Counted from the stretch's first letter, positions 37,633 through 46,748 are shown. The stretch: 47,551 bases of DNA from Minisyncoccota bacterium (GCA_031291875.1 JARLIE010000300.1:1-47551), one strand, 5' to 3'. Numbers and translations are program-made. Notes: a model not told the origin generated them from the sequence alone.

Positions 37633-38199
37633 TCATTGCGAAGGTGGTCCGAGGATTTTTTCGATCGATTGGAATAAGTCGATCATTTCTTCGCATCGCG
37701 CATAGACATCCGGATCGATATGCCAGCGTTCCTGGTCCAGCACTGATTCCGCGCCTTCAATATGACCATGTGACATCTTGTAGGGCGAGTGATATACAAG
37801 CATCCTTGAACCCTTAACGTGCGGCGCATGATGCAAATATTGTATGACGATGAGAGTTGGCTGCCAGGGACTGTTCCTTACTTCCTCAACAATTTCCCAA
37901 TTTCGTGGCAACCAGCCATCCCAGCAGAACTTCACCTCTACAAACTCTCTTTCGAGCTTCGGTGCTTCACCTTCCTTTGGAAGAAGCAGATAGAAGTCCG
38001 GCATGCCGCTTAGTTGATTTTTTAGTCCGGCATTGAAATTCACGTCACGGGTCGGTAGGAGCGGACGAATCCACTCGTATCCCGTCCTACGAATATCAAC
38101 GCCGGAACCCCGAAACATCATTTCAGTAATTGCTTCGGCAAAACGCCCTTTGAAAGGGCTCTGATAGTTCAGTTTTTCTCCCACAGCATCATCCTCCAA
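37633..38199 (-). CDS. Putative PD-(D/E)XK nuclease-fold protein
   Basis: GRFAE helix, MPDF...FVEVKF. Confidence 0.6.
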   Translation of the reverse strand: MEDDAVGEKLNYQSPFKGRFAEAITEMMFRGSGVDIRRTGYEWIRPLLPTRDVNFNAGLKNQLSGMPDFYLLLPKEGEAPKLEREFVEVKFCWDGWLPRNWEIVEEVRNSPWQPTLIVIQYLHHAPHVKGSRMLVYHSPYKMSHGHIEGAESVLDQERWHIDPDVYARCEEMIDLFQSIEKILGPPSQ

Positions 38200-38326
38200 T
38201 GTTCATGTACTTGCTTAGGCATACCACGGGAATCGGTAGACTGTAAATTTGTTCACGAAATGATAGAGATTCCATAGATATACTGCCGGTTGACATCAGA
38301 AGAAGCTAGGAGGATGCTTTCAGAAT

Positions 38327-38557
38327 ATGAGCAAAAGGGGGCTCAAGCTCACAGAGAAGCAATTCGCTTGGCTTCTCTTCTTAGCTATGTTTGCGGCTTA
38401 TTTTATAGTCTATTTCGCTGGATCGTACCTGCGTAATTGCATTTTCGTTTGGCCTCCTCGTTTTGACATTAAGGCGTGTTGGGATGAGCAGATACAGCCG
38501 GCACAACAGAATGCGGCGGAAAATGCATACAATTTTCTACCCGACATAAAGTTTTAA
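38327..38557 (+). CDS. Small single-TM hypothetical protein
   Basis: 76 aa with a TM and two Cys; 8 bp upstream of the HNH gene. Confidence 0.55.
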   Translation: MSKRGLKLTEKQFAWLLFLAMFAAYFIVYFAGSYLRNCIFVWPPRFDIKACWDEQIQPAQQNAAENAYNFLPDIKF

Positions 38558-38565
38558 ATATCGAC

Positions 38566-39282
38566 ATGGCAATACCTAACGCTCAGTACGAGATACCGGT
38601 CTTGAAGGCACTAATAAAATTAGGTGGAAGATCGACGGTTCAAGAAATTTATCCTGTAGTGGAAAAGATAATGTTCTCGCTCCTTAGGAAGAGCCCTGGA
38701 GAATATGGCAGCCACAAAAGTTCGAAGGAGCCAATATGGCACAACAAGACAAGGTGGGCCAGAGAGGCCCTAAAACAAAAACATGAACTTCTCGGTACAG
38801 AGAAAGGTGTATGGAGCATCACTCCTTTAGGGAGGGAGCGCATAGACCTTATCAGGGAATCCAAATCTGACCCCGATTCTTTAGATAGCGAAGACGACAA
38901 GCAAAACCTGCTAACGGAATATACCGACTTTTCCGAGGCGGAGTCTATCGAGAAAGTTGAAGAAGGGCGTAGGTTACTCCGCTATCACTATGTTCGAGAG
39001 CGCAATCCAAAAATCATTCACATGGCAAAACAAATTGCGCTAAAGAAATACGGAGAATTGCGTTGCGAGGTTTGCAAATTCTCGTTCAAAGAAAAATATG
39101 GGAAGCGCACGGAAACATACATTGAAGGGCATCATCGACTTTCTGTTCGCGATATGGGCCAAGGGCACAAAACCGCGGTAGAAGACATAGCTTTGTTGTG
39201 TTCAAACTGTCACAGAGCAATACACGCGAAATATCCTTATATTTCTGTTGAAGAACTAAAGGCGATTACAGTGGTCAGTTGA
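38566..39282 (+). CDS. Mrr-N winged-helix + McrA-like HNH endonuclease (probable modification-dependent restriction)
   Basis: P.LKAL..LGG...W.NK.RWAR..L...GVWSIT..G (Mrr_N); RERN, CEVC.FSF...YG, IEGHH, LLCSNCHRAIH. Confidence 0.85.
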   Translation: MAIPNAQYEIPVLKALIKLGGRSTVQEIYPVVEKIMFSLLRKSPGEYGSHKSSKEPIWHNKTRWAREALKQKHELLGTEKGVWSITPLGRERIDLIRESKSDPDSLDSEDDKQNLLTEYTDFSEAESIEKVEEGRRLLRYHYVRERNPKIIHMAKQIALKKYGELRCEVCKFSFKEKYGKRTETYIEGHHRLSVRDMGQGHKTAVEDIALLCSNCHRAIHAKYPYISVEELKAITVVS

Positions 39283-39359
39283 AGACTTACGTTTCATTTG
39301 GTAAGTGTTAGTATGAAGACAAGCTCGTACAGTGAAATAAGAGCTGATATACGTCAAGT

Positions 39360-40676
39360 ATGCCAGATTCCTCTAAAAGAGATATAAAAATCGAGACAGA
39401 TCCTCGGAAAAGGCTCTTCATTGAATTGCTAACCAGAGATATTTCACTAATCGACTGCATTCTGGATTTGATTGATAATTCAGTAGACAGCGCTGTTCAG
39501 CTTGCCAAATTTAAAGCCTCAGCAGGTCTTAGTAAGAAGCCAACTAAGAGACTCGCTAAGTTCCTAGTCTCCGTTAACTTATCGCCTCAAGAGTTCTCCA
39601 TCGTTGATAATGCTAAGGGGATAGACGAGATCACAGTCAAAGAGGAGGTGTTTCGTTTTGGTGCAACCAACAAAAAAAGAAATACTTCTGGTTTGAGCGT
39701 ATACGGGATAGGCATGAAAAGAGCCCTTTTTAAGATTGGGAGAGAGATCAAATTCGAGTCGAAAACGAAGGAGGAGAGGACGACCGTAAACATGGACGTC
39801 GATGAGTGGATGGGCGATGAAGAAAATTGGGCTATAAAAGGAAGCACGCAAAAGAACACTGGAAAATCTACAGGTACAAATATTGTGGTTCGGAAAATCA
39901 ATCCAGATATTGCGCGAAATTTCTCAAGCCCAGCGTTTCAAAGACTCTTGATCGATAAGATCGCAATGACACACGGCGTTTTCCTTCACAATGGCTTGCG
40001 GATTGAAGTAAATGGAACTTCAGTCAAAAGCCATATGCCGACAATAGCTTCCTCAAAACGTGTTGGGATATCTTCTAAAGTCTTTACCAAAGGAGAAGTC
40101 AAAATTCGAATAATAGCGGGGCTTTCTTCAAATGACGAAAGAGCTTCAGACGGTTGGTATGTCTTCTGTAACGGAAGAATGATCCTCGAAGGAGATAAAA
40201 GTTACCAAACTGGGTGGGGTACAAATGATCTTAGAAAGTTCCATGCAAGTACAGGCAAATTCATTGGCTTTGTTTATTTTGAAAGCAACGACGTGAGCCT
40301 GTTGCCTTGGACAACAACGAAAAACGCGGTTGATTATGATTCAGAAATATATCAATACGCATTGGGACACATGATTACCATAGCGAAGCCGATCGTTAGG
40401 TACTTGGTAAAGCAGTTTTACAAGCAGAAGAAAGACAAAAAAGGTGTGGAAGCTGCTTTGGATGGAGCAAAGGAGGTATCGGTAGCGACTGTTGGTCCAA
40501 GTTCTCTATTTTCGGTTAAGTTACCTAAAAACATAAAGGGAAATAAAGAAGAAATTGCATACGAAGTTGCGACGAAAGACATTTCGAAAGTTAGGAAATT
40601 TGAAGAAGACGAAGATATGCCAAATGAAGAGATTGGCCGTAGAACTTTTTATTACTTCTTGAACCACCAAGAGTAG
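39360..40676 (+). CDS. MORC-like GHKL ATPase (HATPase_c + S5-like domain)
   Basis: DLIDNSVD (N box), DNAKGI (G1), YGIGMKRA (G2), GTNIVV (G3), GWYVFCNGRMI. Confidence 0.88.
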   Translation: MPDSSKRDIKIETDPRKRLFIELLTRDISLIDCILDLIDNSVDSAVQLAKFKASAGLSKKPTKRLAKFLVSVNLSPQEFSIVDNAKGIDEITVKEEVFRFGATNKKRNTSGLSVYGIGMKRALFKIGREIKFESKTKEERTTVNMDVDEWMGDEENWAIKGSTQKNTGKSTGTNIVVRKINPDIARNFSSPAFQRLLIDKIAMTHGVFLHNGLRIEVNGTSVKSHMPTIASSKRVGISSKVFTKGEVKIRIIAGLSSNDERASDGWYVFCNGRMILEGDKSYQTGWGTNDLRKFHASTGKFIGFVYFESNDVSLLPWTTTKNAVDYDSEIYQYALGHMITIAKPIVRYLVKQFYKQKKDKKGVEAALDGAKEVSVATVGPSSLFSVKLPKNIKGNKEEIAYEVATKDISKVRKFEEDEDMPNEEIGRRTFYYFLNHQE

Positions 40677-40678
40677 TC

Positions 40679-41611
40679 ATGGCGTTAAATTATCAGCTGC
40701 GCCCGGCTAAACATATTGAACGACATATATTTGTCGATGTTTTACAGCATTTAAGAAACGCTGGACACGATATTTCGAGATATCATTATGTAGGATTTGG
40801 TTCGCATCACTACGTGGATTTTATATTATTTCATCGTCTTCTATCTATCCGAACGATGACATGCGTAGAAAAGGAGGAGAGCAAAGCGAAACGAATGTCT
40901 TTCAATAAGCCCTATAAATTCATTAAACTCGAAATAGAGGACGTAATGGATTTTATGCCCAAGATCAACAATAGAGACAAATATATTGTTTGGCTTGATT
41001 TTGAATGTCATCTAAATGCAGAAGTGATGTCACACATAGCATCATTAGTTAACACACTCGCAAACGGCTCTGTTTTTATGATCACTGTCAATGCAAACCC
41101 ACCCTCAAGAGATAATTCCACTCCGCAAAGTCCAGAAGAAATCGAAAGAGAAAGGGAAAAATATTCTAAGGAACTTAGCCCATATTGTGGCACTGTGCGT
41201 AATGAAGATGTAACAAGAAAAGAACTGCCAAATCTACTAGTTCGTTCGATGAGTGCAAAAATCGCTGATGCTCTAATAGGAAGGACGAACGATGATTTCT
41301 TACAACTATTTAATTATGTTTACCAAGATGGTCAAAGAATGCTTACCTATGGAGGGATTGTTGACCAAAAGGATCGAACTCAGACAATCAAAGACTCGTT
41401 GAAACGTGTTGAACACGTAAATTATGATTCAGAACCACGCGCAATAAACGTACCTGCCTTAACAATGCGAGAGAAGCTCTTTCTGGATAAGAAAGTCCCA
41501 AAGTCGGGCACCATCCATAATATTCCTTTCGAATTAACTTCAGACGAAATCAAGAACTACGTTGAATACGCGCGGTATTACCCGACTTACCATGAAATAC
41601 AGGCGAGTTAA
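40679..41611 (+). CDS. Putative Rossmann-fold methyltransferase ('O-methyltransferase', Methyltransf_35-like)
   Basis: NYQLRPAKHIER N-terminus, YVGFGS motif I, M.CVE acidic end of strand 2, WLDF, Y.DGQRMLTYGG; family name recalled, needs an HMM check. Confidence 0.7.
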   Translation: MALNYQLRPAKHIERHIFVDVLQHLRNAGHDISRYHYVGFGSHHYVDFILFHRLLSIRTMTCVEKEESKAKRMSFNKPYKFIKLEIEDVMDFMPKINNRDKYIVWLDFECHLNAEVMSHIASLVNTLANGSVFMITVNANPPSRDNSTPQSPEEIEREREKYSKELSPYCGTVRNEDVTRKELPNLLVRSMSAKIADALIGRTNDDFLQLFNYVYQDGQRMLTYGGIVDQKDRTQTIKDSLKRVEHVNYDSEPRAINVPALTMREKLFLDKKVPKSGTIHNIPFELTSDEIKNYVEYARYYPTYHEIQAS

Positions 41612-41623
41612 TCCTCTGTAGAG

Positions 41624-42892
41624 TTACTTTTCAGTAACTTCGTTACGAATTTTGCTCAAAAAGGGGTACTTTGTGATTTCATTTTTTTGAACGGTAGCGG
41701 TGAGTTTATTCGTCTTATTTGCGTTGTAGCCATATAAATTCCTTGTATAGATCTTTTTTTGGAATTCTTTGACATCAAAGATAAAGATAAATTCAGATTG
41801 GATACCAAATTTTGAGAGGGGAGGGTTAGCCACCATCTTCGCGATCTCTTTCTTCAAAGCAGCAAATGATTTTTTATTCTTGAGCAACAAAGTATATTCA
41901 ATTGTAATTAATTTATTCAAAACGGACGGCTTTTTATTCTTATCTCGAACGTAAACGTTCGTAATGTATTCCGGGAAGATTTTATCTAAGTTCTTCTTTA
42001 GTACATCCGCAAACTTTAGGGCTCGTAAATTCAATATTTGTTTTTGAAAGTTAACCTGTTTCGAATTGATTTTTGAATTCGCATATTCTTTTAATCGTCT
42101 CTTTGTGTTCTTCTTTATGTGTTTCTTAAACATTTTTATGTATCGAGCATTCAATTCGAAGCCAGCATATTTTCTTTTAGTAAATACCGCTTGCGCAGGA
42201 ACAGTGCCTGAACCCGCAAAAGGATCGAACACAACGTCACCCTCATCGGTTGTGAGGTCTATTATTTGTTTAACCAGACCTTCCGGGAGAGGACAAAAAT
42301 GGTCAACATATCCATTCCCCCAGGATCCTTGGGTAGGTATGTCAAAGCTCCATATCTCAGTCGGAGTCTTGCCCTTGGGGTTATAACGTTCGGGATACTT
42401 AACCCACCACTGCTTTAAATCACTGTAATCTCGAATTCTGTCGATGCGATATTTAAAGTTTTCAGACTTCTTGAAAACAAGAATATACTCAATCAGTCCT
42501 CTCATCTGTCCTTTTTTTGACCACGGAACAGTTCTTTCTTTCCTCCAAATAATAATTTCTTGCAATATCCACCCAGTCCCCTTTAGTTCTCTGGCAAAGT
42601 CGAAGGGAAGTGTATATATCTCTCCTTTTCGGCGGAACGTATCGATTATTACCCAAAGTGTACCTGTGTCTTTGGTTATATCGTGGGTTTTCTTGAAAAC
42701 ATCTTTGAGGTCAGCGAGATAGGCAGGATATTTTTGCCCGAAACCGATTTGTTTCTTGTGCCCGTAATCTTTTAGATCAAAGTAGGGAGGGGAGGTGATG
42801 GTCACATCAACACGGTGCCCTTTCATTACTCGATCTAGATCTCGAGCATCGGCGTTGTGAATTTTACCGATGGGATTTGTGCGCGTTTTCAT
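41624..42892 (-). CDS. Beta-class amino DNA methyltransferase (probable m4C) with C-terminal extension
   Basis: TSPPY motif IV first, H.CPLP..L, DPFAGSGT motif I later, GFEL...Y; about 150 extra C-terminal aa. Confidence 0.9.
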   Translation of the reverse strand: MKTRTNPIGKIHNADARDLDRVMKGHRVDVTITSPPYFDLKDYGHKKQIGFGQKYPAYLADLKDVFKKTHDITKDTGTLWVIIDTFRRKGEIYTLPFDFARELKGTGWILQEIIIWRKERTVPWSKKGQMRGLIEYILVFKKSENFKYRIDRIRDYSDLKQWWVKYPERYNPKGKTPTEIWSFDIPTQGSWGNGYVDHFCPLPEGLVKQIIDLTTDEGDVVFDPFAGSGTVPAQAVFTKRKYAGFELNARYIKMFKKHIKKNTKRRLKEYANSKINSKQVNFQKQILNLRALKFADVLKKNLDKIFPEYITNVYVRDKNKKPSVLNKLITIEYTLLLKNKKSFAALKKEIAKMVANPPLSKFGIQSEFIFIFDVKEFQKKIYTRNLYGYNANKTNKLTATVQKNEITKYPFLSKIRNEVTEK

Positions 42893-42923
42893 GGCTTAAA
42901 CACAGTATATATTTTTTGTACAG

Positions 42924-43160
42924 AAAAGCCCGTTACTACGGTCCGCGGGTACAGGCGAGTATTGGCATGATGACCACCGGGCGGTATCATGTGCTCACAC
43001 ATCCAATATTGGCCCGAGAGGGCGACAGCCTAAACCACTAGAAATAGAGGCATGGCTGAGGAATCGCGTTCAACATAGACAACCCGTCATTCAGGGCGTT
43101 GAACGCGTTATATGGGGAAACCTGTATAGGGCCGCAAGGCCTCCTGGTGGCGGGCTTTTT
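42924..43160 (+). ncRNA. Unidentified ~237-nt multi-branch structured RNA
   Basis: 15-bp closing helix 42924-42938/43145-43159; GNRA-capped hairpins (GAGA 43016, GAAA 43041, GAAA 43117, GCAA 43134); CCUAA/AUGG receptor motif; G-U pairs favour the + strand. Confidence 0.75.
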
Positions 43161-43199
43161 GTTTACCTGCCATCGGATTAGCAACTAAGCTTTATTCGT

Positions 43200-43688
43200 A
43201 TGGCGAACAGTATTTCGAGAGTATTTAAATGGGCTGGTATTGTACTGCTGGTGATTCTCATGGGCGCATTCTTTGCGGGAGCAACCAACTCGTCTCCGTC
43301 GTCACCGAATGTGGCGAATACCGATGCAGTACAGAGTACAGCACCGCAGCTCACTGCAGCACAAGCCAGCAGCTCTCAAGAAACTACGAATCAGACACAG
43401 GCGAATTCATCGTCTCAGGGAGGTGGAACTGGTCTTGTCAGAAAAACTACGACAGGCGTCGTGCGACTCAGTACGGTCGATTTTAATCAGGCTTTGGGCA
43501 TAAGCCAACAGGTCATCATCTTTGGCGGGGACGCAGATGCTGTCGATGATGGATCGGGATGGATATGTGTCGTAAATGGTGAGAACAACTTCGTTAGCGC
43601 AGTCATCGGGGACACAGTAACGGTCACGGGAGAAAATGCCGTCGGCACTCCCGCGCTTATTAGCTGCCGCGTCGATTCTCTCCAATAA
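43200..43688 (+). CDS. Membrane-anchored protein with OB-fold-like C-terminus
   Basis: TM, S/Q-rich linker, C.V......GDTVTVTG....P.L.SC. Confidence 0.6.
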   Translation: MANSISRVFKWAGIVLLVILMGAFFAGATNSSPSSPNVANTDAVQSTAPQLTAAQASSSQETTNQTQANSSSQGGGTGLVRKTTTGVVRLSTVDFNQALGISQQVIIFGGDADAVDDGSGWICVVNGENNFVSAVIGDTVTVTGENAVGTPALISCRVDSLQ

Positions 43689-43698
43689 TGGGCGTTTC

Positions 43699-44361
43699 TC
43701 AGTACGAACGCTGCGTGAGCCATAATGCGTAAGTGAGTTCTCGAATATGTCTCTGGTACATTTTGTGACAAATCAAATACTGATCCCAATTTATTTCGCC
43801 CCTATTTCTCTGGCCTTCGCACTCTTTGAGCCACCTACGTGCCATTCTCGAATCAAAATAGAAGTCACCCTTTGGTGAGGGAATTGGTGGAATTTTCGGT
43901 GGTTCTGCCGGCAACTTAACAGGTTTTGGAGGAACTTTTGCGGTTTCGATTATTACCGCAATATCTTGCCGATCGACTAACTTTTCCTCGCTAGTTGGGT
44001 TGTCTACGAATTCACTAATTTTAGTCTCTGCCTTCGTGTAAGTATATGTGGGGATTTGTGACGGCGTTTTATAAACCGGAGAAAATCCCGCGACATAAGA
44101 ATGATGTTCACCTCGCAAGATTCTCTTACAGTCACGTTGGAAGGAATTAAAATGAGGATGCACCGTGATAAAATGTAACCACTGCTTCTTGGTGATGCCA
44201 GTACGCAGCAATGCTCTTTTCAGAGTAATACCTTCCTTCAAATCAGAAAGGATGCCAAGTAAGGCATTGCGGTCATTCCACCATCCGGAGTATGTTTGAA
44301 AGATCGGCAGATCTCGATCATGCTCGCGGACGGTGAAGGCTGTTTTCTTCTGTGGAGACAT
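43699..44361 (-). CDS. Hypothetical protein with HTH-like N-terminus (phage terminase-small-like pattern)
   Basis: L..LKEGITLKRALLRTGITKKQW.HF...HP.F; Pro-rich linker; start ATG 44361 after TATACT. Confidence 0.45.
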   Translation of the reverse strand: MSPQKKTAFTVREHDRDLPIFQTYSGWWNDRNALLGILSDLKEGITLKRALLRTGITKKQWLHFITVHPHFNSFQRDCKRILRGEHHSYVAGFSPVYKTPSQIPTYTYTKAETKISEFVDNPTSEEKLVDRQDIAVIIETAKVPPKPVKLPAEPPKIPPIPSPKGDFYFDSRMARRWLKECEGQRNRGEINWDQYLICHKMYQRHIRELTYALWLTQRSY

Positions 44362-44427
44362 ATATACAGTATAAGGAATAGCCAGCGAATTTAATTTCTT
44401 GCTATTCAAGGGGAGAGAGTGAGGGGA

Positions 44428-44505
44428 TTGGTACTTTTGGCACCAAATTCTCTGATTCCAAAAAATACCATTTTCCTCTGACGAATTTGGAGACAAAAGT
44501 ACCAA
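44428..44505. repeat. Imperfect 23-bp inverted repeat
   Basis: TTGGTACTTTTGGCACCAAATTC versus GAATTTGGAGACAAAAGTACCAA (21/23). Confidence 0.8.
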
Positions 44506-44727
44506 AGTCCAAAAGAATGGCTGTATGTATAGCGCTCAGTTCAACAAAAAAACATCTGGGTCAATTTCATACGAGTATAGATAATTCGAGGGAATAGGGG
44601 TTATGGGTACCTTTGGTACCTATGACAGCACTTCGCACAATATATCTTTTGCGAAGTACGGCTAGGGCTACATTGGGATCGTTCTGGGGCCGCGGCCTTG
44701 GCGGGATTGGCCTGTATGGCCCTTGGA

Positions 44728-45381
44728 ATGCCTTATACTGCGCTTGTGTACGCCGACAAGATAAAAGCCCTGCTTTCCCCTGCCGAGCGCAGGATTTTTG
44801 CAAAGTTGCGTGATCCGCGCCGCATTCAGGATTACCTCGATACGCTGCCCATCAACTTCGAGACTTCTTGCGATACCTATATGTCGCCTCGCCGAGTTCT
44901 GCGAAGCGAGATCGCCCATTGTTTCGAAGGCGCTTTATTTGCGGCTGCTGCGCTTGCATACCACGGTCAAAAGCCACTCCTACTCGATCTGAAGACGACA
45001 CCGATAGACGAAGATCATGTCGTGGCGCTTTTTAAATTGAACGGACGTTGGGGCGCGATTTCAAAAACAAATCACGCGGTGCTTCGGTATCGAGATCCGA
45101 TTTATAAAGACGTGCGCGAGCTCGCCATGTCGTACTTTCACGAATATTTTTTGCCGAGCGGTAAGAAAACGCTCTATTCGTATTCTGCGCCGTTTGATGT
45201 TTCAAAATTTGCGCCCGAGCGCTGGCTTACCGCCGAAGAAGATTTGCAATGGCTTGTCGACGCCTTGGATCAGTCTCGACATTTCCCTATCGCTTCCAAA
45301 AAACAACTGCGTGCGCTTCGCAACGCAACGAAGTTTGAGATCGAAACGACAGCGCCCGTGCAATGGCGCAAGCCGCGTTAG
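44728..45381 (+). CDS. Conserved hypothetical protein, transglutaminase/papain-like
   Basis: AHCFEGALFAAA, DHVVALF, WGAISKTNH..LRYRDP. Confidence 0.75.
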   Translation: MPYTALVYADKIKALLSPAERRIFAKLRDPRRIQDYLDTLPINFETSCDTYMSPRRVLRSEIAHCFEGALFAAAALAYHGQKPLLLDLKTTPIDEDHVVALFKLNGRWGAISKTNHAVLRYRDPIYKDVRELAMSYFHEYFLPSGKKTLYSYSAPFDVSKFAPERWLTAEEDLQWLVDALDQSRHFPIASKKQLRALRNATKFEIETTAPVQWRKPR

Positions 45382-46736
45382 AGCGCGGGCAGATAGTTGA
45401 GCGGGTTCAGGTAGCCTGACACTGGTGGCACCGGCATCACGGCCGTCGAGCAGGCGCCGTGGCCGCCTGTTGCTTGGCCAAGCGGAATGATCTTGGTCAC
45501 AGACGAGACGTAGACGCCAAAGTGCAGGTGTGGACCGGTCGCGTAACCCGTTTCGCCGCTGTAGCCGATCACCTCTCCCGTCGAAACTTGCTGGCCTTGC
45601 GTGACACTTATTTTTGAAAGGTGCGCGTACATCGTGTTGATGCCGTTGTTGTGCTGGATCATCACCCATTTGCCGAACGAGCCGCCGACGCAGCTCGGGG
45701 TTGCATCGGTGTTGCCGGTCGCGAGAATGACGCCGTCGAGGGCGGCCATAACGGGAGTTCCAATCGGCGCGGAAATATCGAGACCATCGTGCCCGTGGCC
45801 GCTGTAGAGCGCCTGGTGTGCGTCGGCAAAATTGGTATTGCCGAAATACTGGGTGATCCTGATCTTTCCGCCGATTGGCCAAGAAAGCGTGCCGGGCGCA
45901 AAACCGAGAATTTGGTTCTGGTTAACAGTCTGGTTGTATTGCGCCTTGAGGTTGTTGAGCTGTTGCTCGAATTGGGACTCCTGCGCCTTCTTCTGCGCGA
46001 TAATCGCCTGGTACGCGGCTTCCTGCGATTTGGTCTGCGCGAGCAGCTGGCTTTGCGTCTCCTTCGTTGCCGAAAGTGAACCTTGTTGGACGGTGAGCTG
46101 TTGCTGTTGCTGCTGCAATTGCTGATTTTTCACGAGCTGTGCGCTCTTGTGATCGTTGAGTGTTTGCTTTTCGGTCGCGAGCTGCGAGATGGTGGTGTTG
46201 ATGGCGCCTTGGATCGTCTCGACATCGTCGATGTCTTGCCATGCTTGTTGAATACCGTCGGAGGTAAGAAGCTGCACCGAAAGCGGCGCGGTGTCTGTTT
46301 CGTTGAGAATGCGAATCGACTCCCCTAATCCTTTTTGCAAATTTGCGATTGAGGCTTCGTCGCCTGAGATACTGTCGCTCAATTGCTGTATTTGCAGCTG
46401 GGTCGTATTGATCTGCTTATTGGTGATTTGGATGGAGGTGTTGGTCTTCTTGATGGAAAGATTGAGCTGTCCGATCGTGTTTTGCAGCGTTTGGCCTTGT
46501 TGCTGTGTGAGGTTAAGTTGCTGTTGATACTGCGCAATCTCGCCATTGAGCTGGTTGATCTGCTGTTGGTTCTGATCGATTTGCGATTGGAGGTTGCTCG
46601 AAGCGCTCGAGGTGGCACCGGTTGTGTCAGCATAGACGATACCGCAACTCACGACGAACGCACCGAGTACGACGGCGAGCATAGAAAAACGCATACGCGT
46701 AAGAGTACGCCACATCCTAGGTGCGCGGTAGTTCAT
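45378..46736 (-). CDS. Coiled-coil M23 peptidase (murein hydrolase)
   Basis: Signal/TM, Q-rich coiled coil, HDGLD (HxxxD), YAHL, TGPHLHF; true start may be about 46694. Confidence 0.92.
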   Translation of the reverse strand: MNYRAPRMWRTLTRMRFSMLAVVLGAFVVSCGIVYADTTGATSSASSNLQSQIDQNQQQINQLNGEIAQYQQQLNLTQQQGQTLQNTIGQLNLSIKKTNTSIQITNKQINTTQLQIQQLSDSISGDEASIANLQKGLGESIRILNETDTAPLSVQLLTSDGIQQAWQDIDDVETIQGAINTTISQLATEKQTLNDHKSAQLVKNQQLQQQQQQLTVQQGSLSATKETQSQLLAQTKSQEAAYQAIIAQKKAQESQFEQQLNNLKAQYNQTVNQNQILGFAPGTLSWPIGGKIRITQYFGNTNFADAHQALYSGHGHDGLDISAPIGTPVMAALDGVILATGNTDATPSCVGGSFGKWVMIQHNNGINTMYAHLSKISVTQGQQVSTGEVIGYSGETGYATGPHLHFGVYVSSVTKIIPLGQATGGHGACSTAVMPVPPVSGYLNPLNYLPAL

Positions 46737-46748
46737 ACGGGAGTGGAA

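Noticed and set aside
42924-43160. Retron msr-msd, RNase P, SRP or c-di-GMP-I riboswitch identity for the structured RNA
   Set aside because: No reverse transcriptase in the window; GAGGAAAGUCC, the SRP GGAA/AGCAG loop and the GEMM GGCAAA/GACGCAAAG core are absent. Only generic tetraloop and receptor features are shared.
45920-46600. CAG/CAA-rich repeats
   Set aside because: Gln-rich coiled coil of the M23 peptidase, not an independent repeat element
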